Shown: positions 37,314 to 48,024, numbered from the stretch's first letter. The stretch: 64,000 bases of DNA from Eubacteriales Family XIII. Incertae Sedis bacterium (GCA_031261345.1 JAISKC010000063.1:7490-71489), one strand, 5' to 3'. The notes: generated by a model from the letters alone, not told the origin. Numbers and translations are program-made.

Positions 37314-37430
37314 TACTCCGTCAATATCCTTGTGCTGAAAAGTCGAGGTCTGATAAATCGGTGTAGCGATAGCCCTTGCCGAATTGTCAATACCACTCTC
37401 TGGATGAATACATAAAGTCTCAATTTTCAT
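37269..37430 (-). pseudogene. 5' stub of a Cys/Met-metabolism PLP enzyme gene (MetB/MetC/MetY family)
   Basis: My own translation is MKIETLCIHPESGIDNSARAIATPIYQTSTFQHKDID, which is the family N-terminus, with AGAGGAG as RBS. Homology then ends and the frame runs into the 18-bp inverted repeat and stops after 53 aa. Confidence 0.6.
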
Positions 37431-37496
37431 TAAATTACTCCTCTAACTAACATGCCATTAAATAGTAACGCATAGCAGTGAAAAAAAAGGAAATAT

Positions 37497-37856
37497 CTAC
37501 CGCAGAGTTCTTATGGATTCAACAATGCGCATAACTGCTGCCAACTGATTGTCGGACAAGTTGTCGAGCATATTGTTCAGTTCCGTGATGTATTCTTCGT
37601 GATATCGGTTGATGCTCTCTGTTTTTGCCGGAATTATGTCATTTGCAGTAATGCCAAAATAGTCAATCACTTCGATGGTTTTGTTCAAGCCAAGTTGACG
37701 TTCGCCCCTCTCACACATACCAAGATAGCCGGTGTCGAGACCGATAGCCTCCGCGAGCTGTTCGCGTGTAAGATGCCGCGCCTCACGATACTTTCTGATG
37801 TTCTTGCCAATAGTTGCAGATGCATTAGTATTCATTTCTTCTCCAGTATGATTCAT
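37497..37856 (-). CDS. XRE-family helix-turn-helix transcriptional regulator
   Basis: IGKNIRKYREARHLTREQLAEAIGLDTGYLGMCERGERQLGLNK. Confidence 0.85.
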   Translation of the reverse strand: MNHTGEEMNTNASATIGKNIRKYREARHLTREQLAEAIGLDTGYLGMCERGERQLGLNKTIEVIDYFGITANDIIPAKTESINRYHEEYITELNNMLDNLSDNQLAAVMRIVESIRTLR

Positions 37857-38040
37857 TTAGTAAAATACACCGAAAGTCTATGCTAAATATACATATAGTA
37901 GAAGTAACTATATGCTTATATAACTATTGCAAATTGTATAAGTAGGTGCTAATATGAATAAAAAAAGAAGTTAAGTGAGGAATTATTTGATTTTAATAAT
38001 TGAATAATTTGTACGCACTAATAGTAAGGGGGAAAATACT

Positions 38041-38598
38041 ATGGAAGATTATAAAAAGGCAAAACTGTTTGTTGGTACTGAAAAGCTGGGAACCGTTACG
38101 GAGGTTGCAAACTTTCTAACGGATTTATCAAGAACCTATAATCGTATATTGGCATACGAAATCCTTAATGAACAGAAGTTGGATGCCAGAGAATATCTTT
38201 TGGCTCTATCAAACATTGAAAAAGGGTATACGAGTAAATATCTTAATTTCGAGACGAAACTCGAATTTCTCGGGGCTGAGTTTCTTTCTTCTGGGAAATT
38301 TATATTTTCCGGTGTCGCATCTGTAATTGCAGAAATCAGAAAATGCATTGAGAATAAGCACGATACAGAAAAGGATCGTGCTTATCGGTCACGGCAAGAG
38401 GAAGAACGAGGCGATTTAATCAATCAAAAGGAGAGAATTACTTTGCTTGAGAAAGAAATACAAATTATGAAGGAAAATGGCTTTACGGATTCAGAAATAC
38501 AAACAAAAGTAAAGTCGGTATTCGAAGTCGAAACCTCAAAGCGTTTGCTAAAGTATATTGGAACAGGCTACATCAATGTTCTTGATTACGAAGAATAA
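38041..38598 (+). CDS. hypothetical protein (185 aa, predicted coiled-coil C-terminus)
   Basis: GGGGGAAAA RBS. It is divergent from the XRE gene. No motif recognised. Confidence 0.55.
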   Translation: MEDYKKAKLFVGTEKLGTVTEVANFLTDLSRTYNRILAYEILNEQKLDAREYLLALSNIEKGYTSKYLNFETKLEFLGAEFLSSGKFIFSGVASVIAEIRKCIENKHDTEKDRAYRSRQEEERGDLINQKERITLLEKEIQIMKENGFTDSEIQTKVKSVFEVETSKRLLKYIGTGYINVLDYEE

Positions 38599-38641
38599 AA
38601 GAACATTATGAATCTTCTATTTTGAAAACACGGTGGGGTAA

Positions 38642-40198
38642 ATGAGGGATCCGTACGAAATATTAGGAATACATAGGACTGCGACTCTTGATGAAATCAA
38701 GGCTGCTTACAAGAAGTTGGCTAAAGAGTTTCACCCTGATAAGCATCAGGATAATCCTTTGAAGTATTTGGCAGAGGAACAGATGAGGGAGATCAATGAA
38801 GCCTATCAGTATTTGACTGGCAAGAGTCAGAATTTTAATTATAAGAAAAGCTATACTCACAAAAGTAGCACAAGTACCAATAACAAAGCTAATACTGGCA
38901 ACAATACCAACACAAATTCTAATTCAAAATCCAAGGAGAGCCACAAATCTTCATCGTCATATGACAAGGATGGTTACGACAAAAGTGGCTATGACAGAGC
39001 TGGATACAACAAAGCAGGTTATGATAAAACTGGCTTCGACAGGTCAGGGCAAGATAAAGACGGCTATAACAAAACTGGCTTTCGCGATGGATATAATCGC
39101 GCAGGTTATGATAGTGACGGATACAATAGAAAAGGATATGACTCCTTAGGCTTTGACCGTTCGGGATATGATAAAGACGGATATGATAAACGAGGTTATA
39201 ACAAGAAAGGGTATGACCGCGCAGATTTTGACATAGATGGATATGATAGAAATGGTTACAATCGATCCGGATATGATAAAAGCGGGTTTAATAAAAATGG
39301 TTACAATCGCGAAGGCTACAATAGGGACGGCTATAATTGGAGCGGATTTGACCGAGATGGATATGACAAAGAAGGCTTCGGGCATAATGGAATAAATCGA
39401 CAGGGAGAAAGCATTGAGGATGTCGCCAAACGCATAAAAAAGAAACGGCTTCAGATGATTATTATTGCAGGGATGTGTGCAGCCACCATTTTTGCAGGGG
39501 TAAACATCAAACCTATTCTTGACTATAAAATCGCGGTTGGTTTGCTTGATGCGGAGAAGTATCAGAAGGCAATCACAAAGTTTGAGGCTATGGGTGATTA
39601 TAAGGATAGCAAAGTAAAAGCACAAGAAGCATTAAAGACCGCATTTAGCATAACTGACGTGCACGTGAGAGGTTTTGGAATTGGCGATACGATCAAATTT
39701 GGAACTTTTGGCAATCGTGTGATTGAATGGGAAGTACTATTGGTTGAAGAAAATAGAGCACTATTGGTTTCTAAAGATTGCGTATCTCAACTGGCATATA
39801 ATCAAGAGTATAAAAGAGTAACATGGGAGCAATGCTCCGTAAGGCAATGGTTGAATAATTACTTCTATAATAGATTAGAATCACATCAAAAGAACTTGAT
39901 TATTGAATCTGAGATTGAAAATGAAGACAATGAAGAATCCAGAGGTGGCAATAACACGAAGGATAAGATATTTCTGTTGAGTTTAGAAGATGTAAAGACA
40001 TACTTTAAAGACAATGAATCACGAAAAACATATTATCATGGAATTTCAGCCAATTGGTGGCTTCGGTCTCCTGGCTACGGAAGTCGTGACAATTATGCCT
40101 CAATAGTTGACATGAACGGCATCTTTAACAACTCCGGCTTCCCTGTCAGCTATGGACTTGTCGGTGTTCGCCCAGCGTTGTGGTTGAGTTTGGTGTGA
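38642..40198 (+). CDS. J-domain membrane protein with pentapeptide-repeat array and DUF6273-like C-terminal domain
   Basis: J domain [32 protein letters not shown]. About 29 G-[YF]-[DN]-[KR]-x repeats. TM segment [17 protein letters not shown]-terminus contains WWLRSPG...GVRPALWL. Confidence 0.8.
   Translation: MRDPYEILGIHRTATLDEIKAAYKKLAKEFHPDKHQDNPLKYLAEEQMREINEAYQYLTGKSQNFNYKKSYTHKSSTSTNNKANTGNNTNTNSNSKSKESHKSSSSYDKDGYDKSGYDRAGYNKAGYDKTGFDRSGQDKDGYNKTGFRDGYNRAGYDSDGYNRKGYDSLGFDRSGYDKDGYDKRGYNKKGYDRADFDIDGYDRNGYNRSGYDKSGFNKNGYNREGYNRDGYNWSGFDRDGYDKEGFGHNGINRQGESIEDVAKRIKKKRLQMIIIAGMCAATIFAGVNIKPILDYKIAVGLLDAEKYQKAITKFEAMGDYKDSKVKAQEALKTAFSITDVHVRGFGIGDTIKFGTFGNRVIEWEVLLVEENRALLVSKDCVSQLAYNQEYKRVTWEQCSVRQWLNNYFYNRLESHQKNLIIESEIENEDNEESRGGNNTKDKIFLLSLEDVKTYFKDNESRKTYYHGISANWWLRSPGYGSRDNYASIVDMNGIFNNSGFPVSYGLVGVRPALWLSLV
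38960..39400 (+). repeat. in-frame 15-nt tandem repeat array (~29 units) encoding GYDKS-like pentapeptides
   Basis: [41 protein letters not shown]...[21 protein letters not shown]. Confidence 0.85.
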
Positions 40199-40366
40199 AC
40201 AGCTTTTTTGATAGTTTTCAGTTATAGGGTGAAAAATAAAATATAGCAATACAACAAGCATAGGATTTTTACTTGTAGACAACCAATATTATATATAATA
40301 AACTCAGCGTAAATATCTATTTTCATCTGTGTTTGCGCTGAGTTTGACTCTGAGTTTATTAAGAAT

Positions 40367-40432
40367 CTCGGAAAACTGTCGATTTCCGTAGAAAAACAGG
40401 CGAAAATCTACGCAAATTGCCAGTTTCCCGAG
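40367..40432. repeat. 66-bp palindromic intergenic repeat, copy Y
   Basis: ctcggaaaactgtcgatttccgtag...ctacgcaaattgccagtttcccgag. See copy X at 23005-23070. Confidence 0.65.
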
Positions 40433-40437
40433 CTGCA

Positions 40438-40471
40438 ACAAAAAGGCACGGCCCCATTAAGAAGCCGTGCC
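40438..40471 (-). terminator. rho-independent terminator of surface-protein gene A
   Basis: On the minus strand, GGCACGGC-11 nt-GCCGTGCC is followed by TTTTTGTTG. It lies 60 nt after the stop at 40531. Confidence 0.7.
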
Positions 40472-40530
40472 CATTGCGGACATAACCCGCAATCCATCAG
40501 TTATAACTGAAATTGTTGCAATCCGTCTCG

Positions 40531-43500
40531 CTAGTTTGCCATCGCGCCGCTGTAGTCTATCTTCTCGTTGTCGTCATCCACCTTGTTTCTTAGCTTGTAG
40601 ACGATGAACGTTACGATATGGGCGATGAACACGATGCCGACAAAGAGCGTCCACTTGTTGATCCAAACCATCGGAAGGCTCAGGTCGTCGAAGACGAAGA
40701 AGGTTATCGGCGTCAGTATACCGAAGACAATCGTCAGGACTCTCGCGATGAACGCATTCCTTTCCTTTCTCACCACTTCGGTGCCCGCGTATCTCTCGAT
40801 GTCATTGTCCTCAAATCTGCGCTTCGCAATCTGCCAGACGACCATAAGTATCGAGATGATGATGGCAGCCATCGACATGATCAGCGACAGTAGGCTCCAC
40901 GCACCCTTTCCAAGGAAATTGCCGAGCGGCACATTGCCGTTTGCAAGGTCCGAGAAGAGGTTGCCGGTCTGCGACTCAAGCTTCTGCTGAGTAACCGCAT
41001 TGAAGCCCTCAAAAGCGGTGGCCGTGTTCGTAGGTGTCTCTGAAACGTTCGCATTCGGGCTATTGCCCGCTGATGGGTTCACCGGCGGATTGGTCTCGGG
41101 CTCGGGAGTCTCAGCAATGACTTCATCCCACTGTGCAGTCAGTGTCAAATCCCCTGCCGGCATGGTCAGGGCAGCACCCGATTGATACGTTCTGCCATTT
41201 GAGCCGTTCCAAGAAACAAACTCCCAACCCGTGCGTGCGGGTACCTGCGAAGATACCGTATATGAAGCACCCTCAAGCAGGTCTGAAGTTCCGCTCGGAA
41301 GTCCGGTCACGCCCGTTCCACCCGAAACGTAGCTGACCGTATAGGTATCGGGCTGCGGCGGCTCCACTATCACCTCATTCTGTTTCCAGACAGCGTAGAG
41401 ATTCACATTTTCAGTAATGGTAAGGCTTTCTCCGCCGGTATAAGTCGCCGACGTAGCTGTCGCGCTCTTCGACCAACCAAGGAACTCATGTCCATCACGA
41501 GCAAGTGTATTCACACCCGCCACGGTAGCTTTGCCGCCGTGAATATACGTCTCCGCCTTAGGTGCCTCACCCGACGTGTGAGCGTTTCCATCATACGTTA
41601 CGGTATGACTATCAAGTCCATAGACCGCGTAGAGTGTCGTATTATCCGTGATGGTGAACTCCTTCGTTCCGTCCACTTTGTAATTCGGTGTAGTAGCATT
41701 GGCTTTTGTCGCCCAGCCGGTGAACACACGGTGACTCTTCGTCGGCAGTGGCGTGAACAGCACACTCACCTTATCGCCGTGGTGATAATCCACCTTGCTA
41801 TCTGTAGGTACAGAGCCAGTGCCCCCATTAGCCTTGTATGTTACTGAGTAATTGTCGATTTTCCATTGTGCCACCAAAGTGATGTTGTCTTCGACCGATG
41901 TGATTGTAGCCTTGTTCGCGTAATTGCCCGTGCCATAGCTCGCGCCACCGTCTGTGTATGTCGCCAGCCAACCGTTGAAGTGATAGCCGACCTTCTCGAA
42001 AACATTCGCGGGAATCTTATAGCTCTTGCTGTGTTCTACATTGAGTGCAGAAGTCATAGTGCCGGCTGTCTTCCCATTTCCATCGAATGCAACGGTGTAT
42101 TTGTGCGGAATCCACTTCGCATAAAGCGATAGAGTCGGATCCCCATTTGCACCTTGAACTCCATTCGCGATATTGAGCACAGTACCGATGTTCGCTGCAC
42201 CAAATTCCCATTCAGTGCCGGCAGGACTATTTACATGCCAACCGTCAAATGTATAACCGGTGCGCGTCGGCTCAATGTCCGGAGCACCAGTAATGGTGGC
42301 ATCATATTCGGCACTTTCCTCCTTGGTAGCAAGAAGAGAATCGTCGTTTTGGTCGGTGTAGAGCGTTTCGCCGAGATAATGATAACTGATTTCTACATCC
42401 TTTGCTTCCCACTGAGCTGTGAGCGTCACAGAACCAACCGTGTCAGCTCCTGCAAGCGTTGAATAGGTCGGGTTCAATTCAGATGTATAAACGTTTCCGT
42501 CAAAGTCCGTATCACCGCGATTCGTGAGCTTCCATCCCTTGAAATCATACCCTGGCTTGGTGATCTGAGTTGCTGACGGGAGGAAAACCGTATCGCCCCA
42601 ATGTACAAACGGCACGGGATTGGTGACAGAGCCATCAAACGTTCCGCCATCTGGCAGATACCACACGGTGTATGAATATTGCGACAGCGAAGCCGTAAAT
42701 GTCACAGCCTCGGTGATCTTTGCCTGTAGCAACTGCGTACGATTCATCGGTGTTCCTGCATTGATAACGGTATTGCTACCATCGTTCAGCGTGACTGCCT
42801 TATTCGCCGTCCACACTACTGTTGCCGGATTGTATCCAGTGATAGTGTTTACACCTTGGAATATCGGCGCAATGGTAGGTGACGGCTGTTGATTGTAATT
42901 TTTGTATTCACTTGTCTGAGGAAATGTTGCACCTGTGCCCGCTTTATATGTCACCTCAGAAGCTGCCTTGAGACCTACTCCTGCAAGCTGAGTCTGAGGT
43001 GAGCTGGAGCCTACCGTAAATTCATAAGTGGCACTCGCATGACTTGTAGAGATATTCGACTGAAGAATATCCATATGCCAATCATAATCGGGGCTTGAGC
43101 CTGAAGACCTGTCACTCGGTGTATTTGGAGTAAAACCTCTCTGTACATCGTCGTTGTATATTGTCAAGGTGTAGTCTCCCGCCTTGAGATAATATGGAGT
43201 GCCGCCGGAGGTGAGGGAGGCAAAGTCGCCATTGTCTTCCACATCTATATTGAGCAGACTGATGGTATCTCCCGCAAGAGTTGCACTCACACCGCTCAAT
43301 CCTGTGAATGATTCTCCGGCATCTTTAATTCCATCCACGTCGAGATCGTTGAAGACGTTGCCTATTACACCAGCGGTAGCCGGCTCTGCGGCAAGTATCG
43401 AACCAAAGGTCCATACGCTTGAATCGCCGTCAGCTTGTTGCCATCCTTTCTGGTAACTGCGCCAATAGTTGGGCTCTCCCATAGGTGCGTTGTTGTCAAC

Positions 43501-46500
43501 TGCCATTTCAAAGGTTGTAAAGCCTTTTGATCCCGATTCTCCGACTTTAGCAATCTGTCTGTTTGCCACGAACTTGACCATCGTTACATTTTCATATGTG
43601 TCAACCAGTCCTTCTATAGCACTTGCATCTACCCATGGTCCGTCATATGGGACCCAGTCCTTATCTACATTCCCTCCATAATTGGTTGTGCTTGATGTAC
43701 TAGTACTATAGTATGTATCAAAGCCGTCAAGACTTATCGGTCCAGTAAGATTGCCGGTCCATTGCGGCTCAGAAACCACCACATTCCCTGATGGATTTGT
43801 GATTTCCTTATTGTTGAAATAGTGATCGTAATTTATGCCTTCCTTGGGGATGGACAGATAGATTTCAGATCCCTCATAATAACTTCCCGTAGATGTATTT
43901 TCATACTGTAGCCAGATCTCTGCATTGGCATCGGGTGTAACCGGTGCCACGGTTGCAGCAGTACCATTATATGTATAATAAGGACCTGTATCGCCTACGG
44001 TGCGAATACCCAAAGAGATGGTCAACCCTTGTTTCTGCAATACGGCGATATTTTGGCTGCTGGTCGCCGCTGCCAATTTGTATGCAGTGCCTTTCCCTGC
44101 CCAATTATTGGCATCTGCAACCGATGTGCCACCGCCATCAGCTGTTGCAGACTTTCCAAGGTCATATAATACAATATCTTTGGCAAACAACTCCGGATAT
44201 TTCGCTACTGCACTCGATACATTGGCGGAAAATTTGAGAGTGAAGACATTGCTGACAAATCCATTACCGGCCATGTTACTACTGGCATTGGCGATAATGT
44301 CATTTGGATTATATACAGCCAAATGATACGTAGTCCACGGGACACTATTGACCAATTTGGTTTCTGAACCTTTTAATTGTAATTTGAAAGGCGTATCAAC
44401 ATGATTGCCCGCTTTTGAAACTACCCGAATGCTATCCACATCCAAATCAAGTCCTTCAGGAAGTGAAATATAGACATCCGGATCTTTAATGTCCTGACTG
44501 GTTCCGACATATCTATCGGTAGCGTTATATACGCTGGTAAAATACATCGTATCATCAGGGAAAAATGTTCCGTTTTCGGTCGTTGAGCTTTCACTGTGGC
44601 TGGCAACCGTAGTGGTATCGCCAGCGCGAACATTGTCCCACCTTATAACCGGAGTCCCTGTTGATGTGTAGGTGTTACCCAATGCATCAGTAATGGTCAG
44701 TGTCACAGGACCACTTTTGCCGTTTTGGAAACGACCGTAAAAGAATCCGCCCATGCTGACATAAGTGTTGTTATACCTGCCAGGACCTAATTGTGGCTGC
44801 GTAAATGTCATATCAAGAAGGTATTCATCTGCTGCGAGCCCAAGGAACTCCGCCCGAATCATGCTGGCACCCAATCCGGAGTTTATTGCACCCACCGGCA
44901 GTGTGCTGGTTCCTGACTTCGTTATTGTCCTCCCTTTGTTTGTATGTGCAACCAAATCTTTGATTCGATTGTTGTTCGCAAGGCCATTATTCGTGGAATA
45001 GGGAATGCTGATTGCTCGGATTGCCAGATTTGGGCTGAATGTATATTCATAGACGGCATTGGGTGCAGCAATTGAGCCCCAATTTTCAATATAAAATTGA
45101 CCTAAGGCATAGTCATATGGATAGTCTCCATTTTCGTTCAAATCACGACGTGCATTATTTAGCAGCCCCCAAATGCCAAGTTTAACATTTGGCGTTGACG
45201 GCGTGACAGTATAACTTGTATTGCGCAAAGGATGTACCTGTGGGTCGCCCCCTAAGGTTCCCGATGTTTCCACATATGTACCATTGAAGACAATGCCCTG
45301 GCCCCATTTAAATTGAGAGTTATCAATGGTTACGCCGTCCCAGTACAATCTGAATTGCGTATCTGCTGCGATAGTTGTCTTGTCCATTGTAAAGGTTATC
45401 GTGCGATTTGATGCATCATGTACAACTGAAAGGTGTGAGCCATATGTTGCACTTGTTGTATCGGTTGGATGATTGAATCCATCGATATAAAATCCCTTAT
45501 ATGTCACGCCTTCCGGATAGGTTATTGTCATGACGGAGTGATCGGAAAAGTGTCTTCCAACAGCCCCGTGACCTAATTTAAATACGGTTGAGAATGCGGC
45601 AATCGTGCCCTTGGTTGCATCCTCTGTATTTACAGTTCCCGCAAGAGATAGAGTATCGCCGGTAAAAGGTGTCACAGGAATTCCTGTTACAGTTGTACTC
45701 AAATGATCGCTAAAGTTTTTATCGCCGCTCTTCATGGTGACGGTAATGTCATTCATGGAAGCAGTTGTAGCGTTATGGGGGAGAAGCATTTCGTCCAATT
45801 CGAGGGTGAGCACCATGGCAACTTGGGTTACATTGGAATTGAACGTATAGACAACTTTCCCATCGTAATTTCGATATGATTCTTCGGTGTTATAATAAGG
45901 CTTGTTATACCCTGTTATGAGTTGAGATGCCCAAGCGGAGCCATCAAAAGCGGTTAGATCCGCACTTGCTATCATGGCATCGTCCTGAGCTGATAGACCC
46001 AGTTTGCCAACGCCATCAATATCCGCCGTAGTTTCTTTTGCCGTGTACTCGGTGATTTTATATCCCTTTGGAATTATTATTTCAACTTTTCTTTCCTTGT
46101 CTGAACCCTGCCCAGAAAACTTGGCTGTGATTTCTATCTGCTTTTGTCCGAAAGTTAATGGCCAAGTAATGGCATTATTAATGCCGGAGTCATCCACATC
46201 TACAAATTCTGGAGTGGAAACCTTTAGTGTTAGACTGTCATCAGAATCACCCTGAGAGAGTGAGCCAATCTCACCCTGTGTGGATTCCGGCTCGGAGCCC
46301 ACGTTCGCGCCTGTGCCCTCACTGTCATTGCGGGCTATGTGCCCCAACGGGGTATGACCCGCAATCCATTGTTCGTTTGGAAGCGCGTCCTCCGGCAGGT
46401 TTGTCTCCGTTTGATTTTCGGGTATTGCTACCTCTACCGTCTTAGTGACCTCATCATTTACCGAGGGGTCTACAGAATACCCCCCCCCCATTGGAAGAAT

Positions 46501-46603
46501 CTGCCATTACAAACTGTGGCATCACAGCTACGAATAGCATAATTACGGTCAAAATTACCGCCAGTACCCTCTTTTGATTTCTAATACTCCCTAAATTAGA
46601 CAT
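40531..46603 (-). CDS. giant surface protein A (InlB-B/Listeria-Bacteroides-repeat protein), reading frame broken at a G10 tract as sequenced
   Basis: - Track ORF 46454..46636 supplies the RBS (GGGGAGGA), ATG 46603 and a signal peptide (KRVLAVILTVIMLFVAVMPQFVMA/DSS).
- The 1986-aa ORF 40531..46491 has no signal peptide, and the two frames meet inside the G10 tract.
- Domains: SdrD-B-like VIGNVFNDLDVDGIKDAGE and 6 Flg_new-type repeats (GYDFKGW, GYTFDGW, GYHFNGW, VFTGW, HEFLGW, WEFVSW).
- It has three C-terminal TM segments and no LPXTG. Confidence 0.8.
46480..46489 (-). repeat. homopolymeric G10 (coding strand) in gene A
   Basis: Counted directly: 10 consecutive C on the plus strand. Confidence 0.95.
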
Positions 46604-46791
46604 TTTCTTGTCCTCCCCTGTTTCGTCGCAAAACACGACAATTACATAAAATTAATTTTTATTGGATTTTATTCGACATCAAAATGTAGAACGAATCCCC
46701 AAGTTCTATATATACAGACACTCCTCTCTCAAAAAACACGTCCATGTAATCGCACTTTCAATAAAGAAAATTTATTTTGATTACTATAATT

Positions 46792-46820
46792 AATATACCC
46801 AAAAAAACGCGTTTGAAACA
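46792..46820 (-). promoter_or_regulatory. putative promoter of gene A (motif shared with gene B)
   Basis: Minus strand reads TGTTTC-17 nt-TATATT with GGG directly upstream of the -10. The same geometry and flanks occur at 57667-57695. It lies about 190 nt upstream of the ATG. Confidence 0.45.
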
Positions 46821-46964
46821 TGAAAACACAAATTTGTCAAAAAAATTACAAAATCTTTACAATCACGTAGCTCCGCAATTATTGGAGGGGGTGCTCTACT
46901 CGCAAATAGATATTTCCGAAATAGGTTGACTTTTCACTATATTACAGTTAAGGTTAGAGACATA

Positions 46965-47042
46965 AGCAGTGACGTGTTCACTGTCTGGGCTGGTCGAAAG
47001 ACCCTGGTCCACCCCATGGCGGAGAATGTCTCCGCCTTTTTT
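46965..47042 (+). ncRNA. candidate structured leader or small RNA upstream of a DUF3800 gene stub
   Basis: Possible promoter TTGACT (46926) with a 17-nt spacer to TAAGGT. Hairpins CAGTGA-cgtgt-TCACTG (46967-46983) and GGTC-GAAA-GACC (46992-47003). It ends in the terminator hairpin GGCGGAG-aatgt-CTCCGCC followed by T6 (47018-47042). Confidence 0.3.
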
Positions 47043-47060
47043 ATTGAAAGCGTGTAAATC

Positions 47061-47140
47061 ATGAAAGAACTAAGCATATTCGTCGACGAGTCCGGTGACT
47101 ATGGAGAATATGATTTTAAGTCTCCCTATTACATCGTTTG
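47061..47140 (+). pseudogene. 5' stub of a DUF3800-family gene
   Basis: MKELSIFVDESGDYGEYDFKSPYYIV matches the DUF3800 N-terminal IF(I/V)DESG motif. The similarity is lost after about 27 aa and the HD-GYP gene's 3' end follows at 47191. Confidence 0.5.
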
Positions 47141-47190
47141 TCCCGTTTCAACGGTTCGATTTAGGAATATCCAAGCAAACAGTCAGCGCA

Positions 47191-47877
47191 CTATGCGGTT
47201 CGCAAAAGGGGAGCTGTGTGGACGGCCTCGAACGCGTCCGCCACGCTGGCGAAAACCGACACCAGTTTCGGGTCGAAATGGGTGCCCGAGCCATCTATGA
47301 TGATGCTCTTCGCTCTCTCAGCAGACATCGGCTCCTTGTAGGGACGCTTTGAAATCAGAGCATCGTAGACATCTGCTATAGCCATGATCCTGCCGAGCAA
47401 TGGGATTTCATCTCCGGAGAGCCCGGCGGGATAGCCGCTGCCGTCCCACTTTTCATGGTGAGTGGCGGCGAAAACCTTCGCATTTTTGAGAAAGTCGCTC
47501 TCACTCGTTTGCTCCTCAATCCGCTCAATCACCTCAACGCCGATAGTCGGGTGCTTCTTCATCACATTGAATTCCTCTTCCGTCAACTTCCCCGGCTTCT
47601 TGAGAATCGTATCGCTGATGGCGATCTTGCCCACATCGTGAAGTTGCGCCGATGGCAGGAGAAACTGCGAATCCCAACAGCTGATTTCATCGCAGTACAC
47701 GCCTTGCCTCTTCATTCCATCCAGCAGCACTTCAAGATATTTCACGGTTGCACAACTGTGATCGCCCGTATTGCTATCACGGAATTCCACCATCTCCACC
47801 AGCGTAGTTATTATTGCCTTCTGCAGTTCCATCACCTGTGCCTTCAATTTCTTTTCCGTAATATTCATAGTGTTCAT
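47191..47877 (-). CDS. stand-alone HD-GYP domain protein (cyclic-di-GMP phosphodiesterase family)
   Basis: HDVGKIAI and HHEKWDGSGYPAGL motifs. GGGGG RBS. Confidence 0.85.
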   Translation of the reverse strand: MNTMNITEKKLKAQVMELQKAIITTLVEMVEFRDSNTGDHSCATVKYLEVLLDGMKRQGVYCDEISCWDSQFLLPSAQLHDVGKIAISDTILKKPGKLTEEEFNVMKKHPTIGVEVIERIEEQTSESDFLKNAKVFAATHHEKWDGSGYPAGLSGDEIPLLGRIMAIADVYDALISKRPYKEPMSAERAKSIIIDGSGTHFDPKLVSVFASVADAFEAVHTAPLLRTA

Positions 47878-48024
47878 AGCATTACCCCCATGTTTCTTGA
47901 CGTTGTTCCTGTTCTGTTTCTGTGATTTAATAAATTTATATCAAAACGAATTGTCGCGGACTACACCCCAAGATTTTTTTTTAAATAAGTAATTTTGGGG
48001 TGATGTTTGCGACAGACATAGCGG

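Noticed and set aside
38960-39400. A highly periodic repeat region that could be mistaken for a CRISPR-like or satellite array.
   Set aside because: The period is 15 nt with no spacers. It lies entirely in frame inside a long ORF and encodes GYDxx pentapeptides, so it is a coding tandem repeat and not a CRISPR array.
46454-46636. The 60-aa track ORF treated as an independent small gene.
   Set aside because: It carries the RBS, start codon and signal peptide that the adjacent 1986-aa ORF lacks, and it aligns with the N-terminus of paralog B. It is the 5' end of gene A, separated only by the G10 frameshift.
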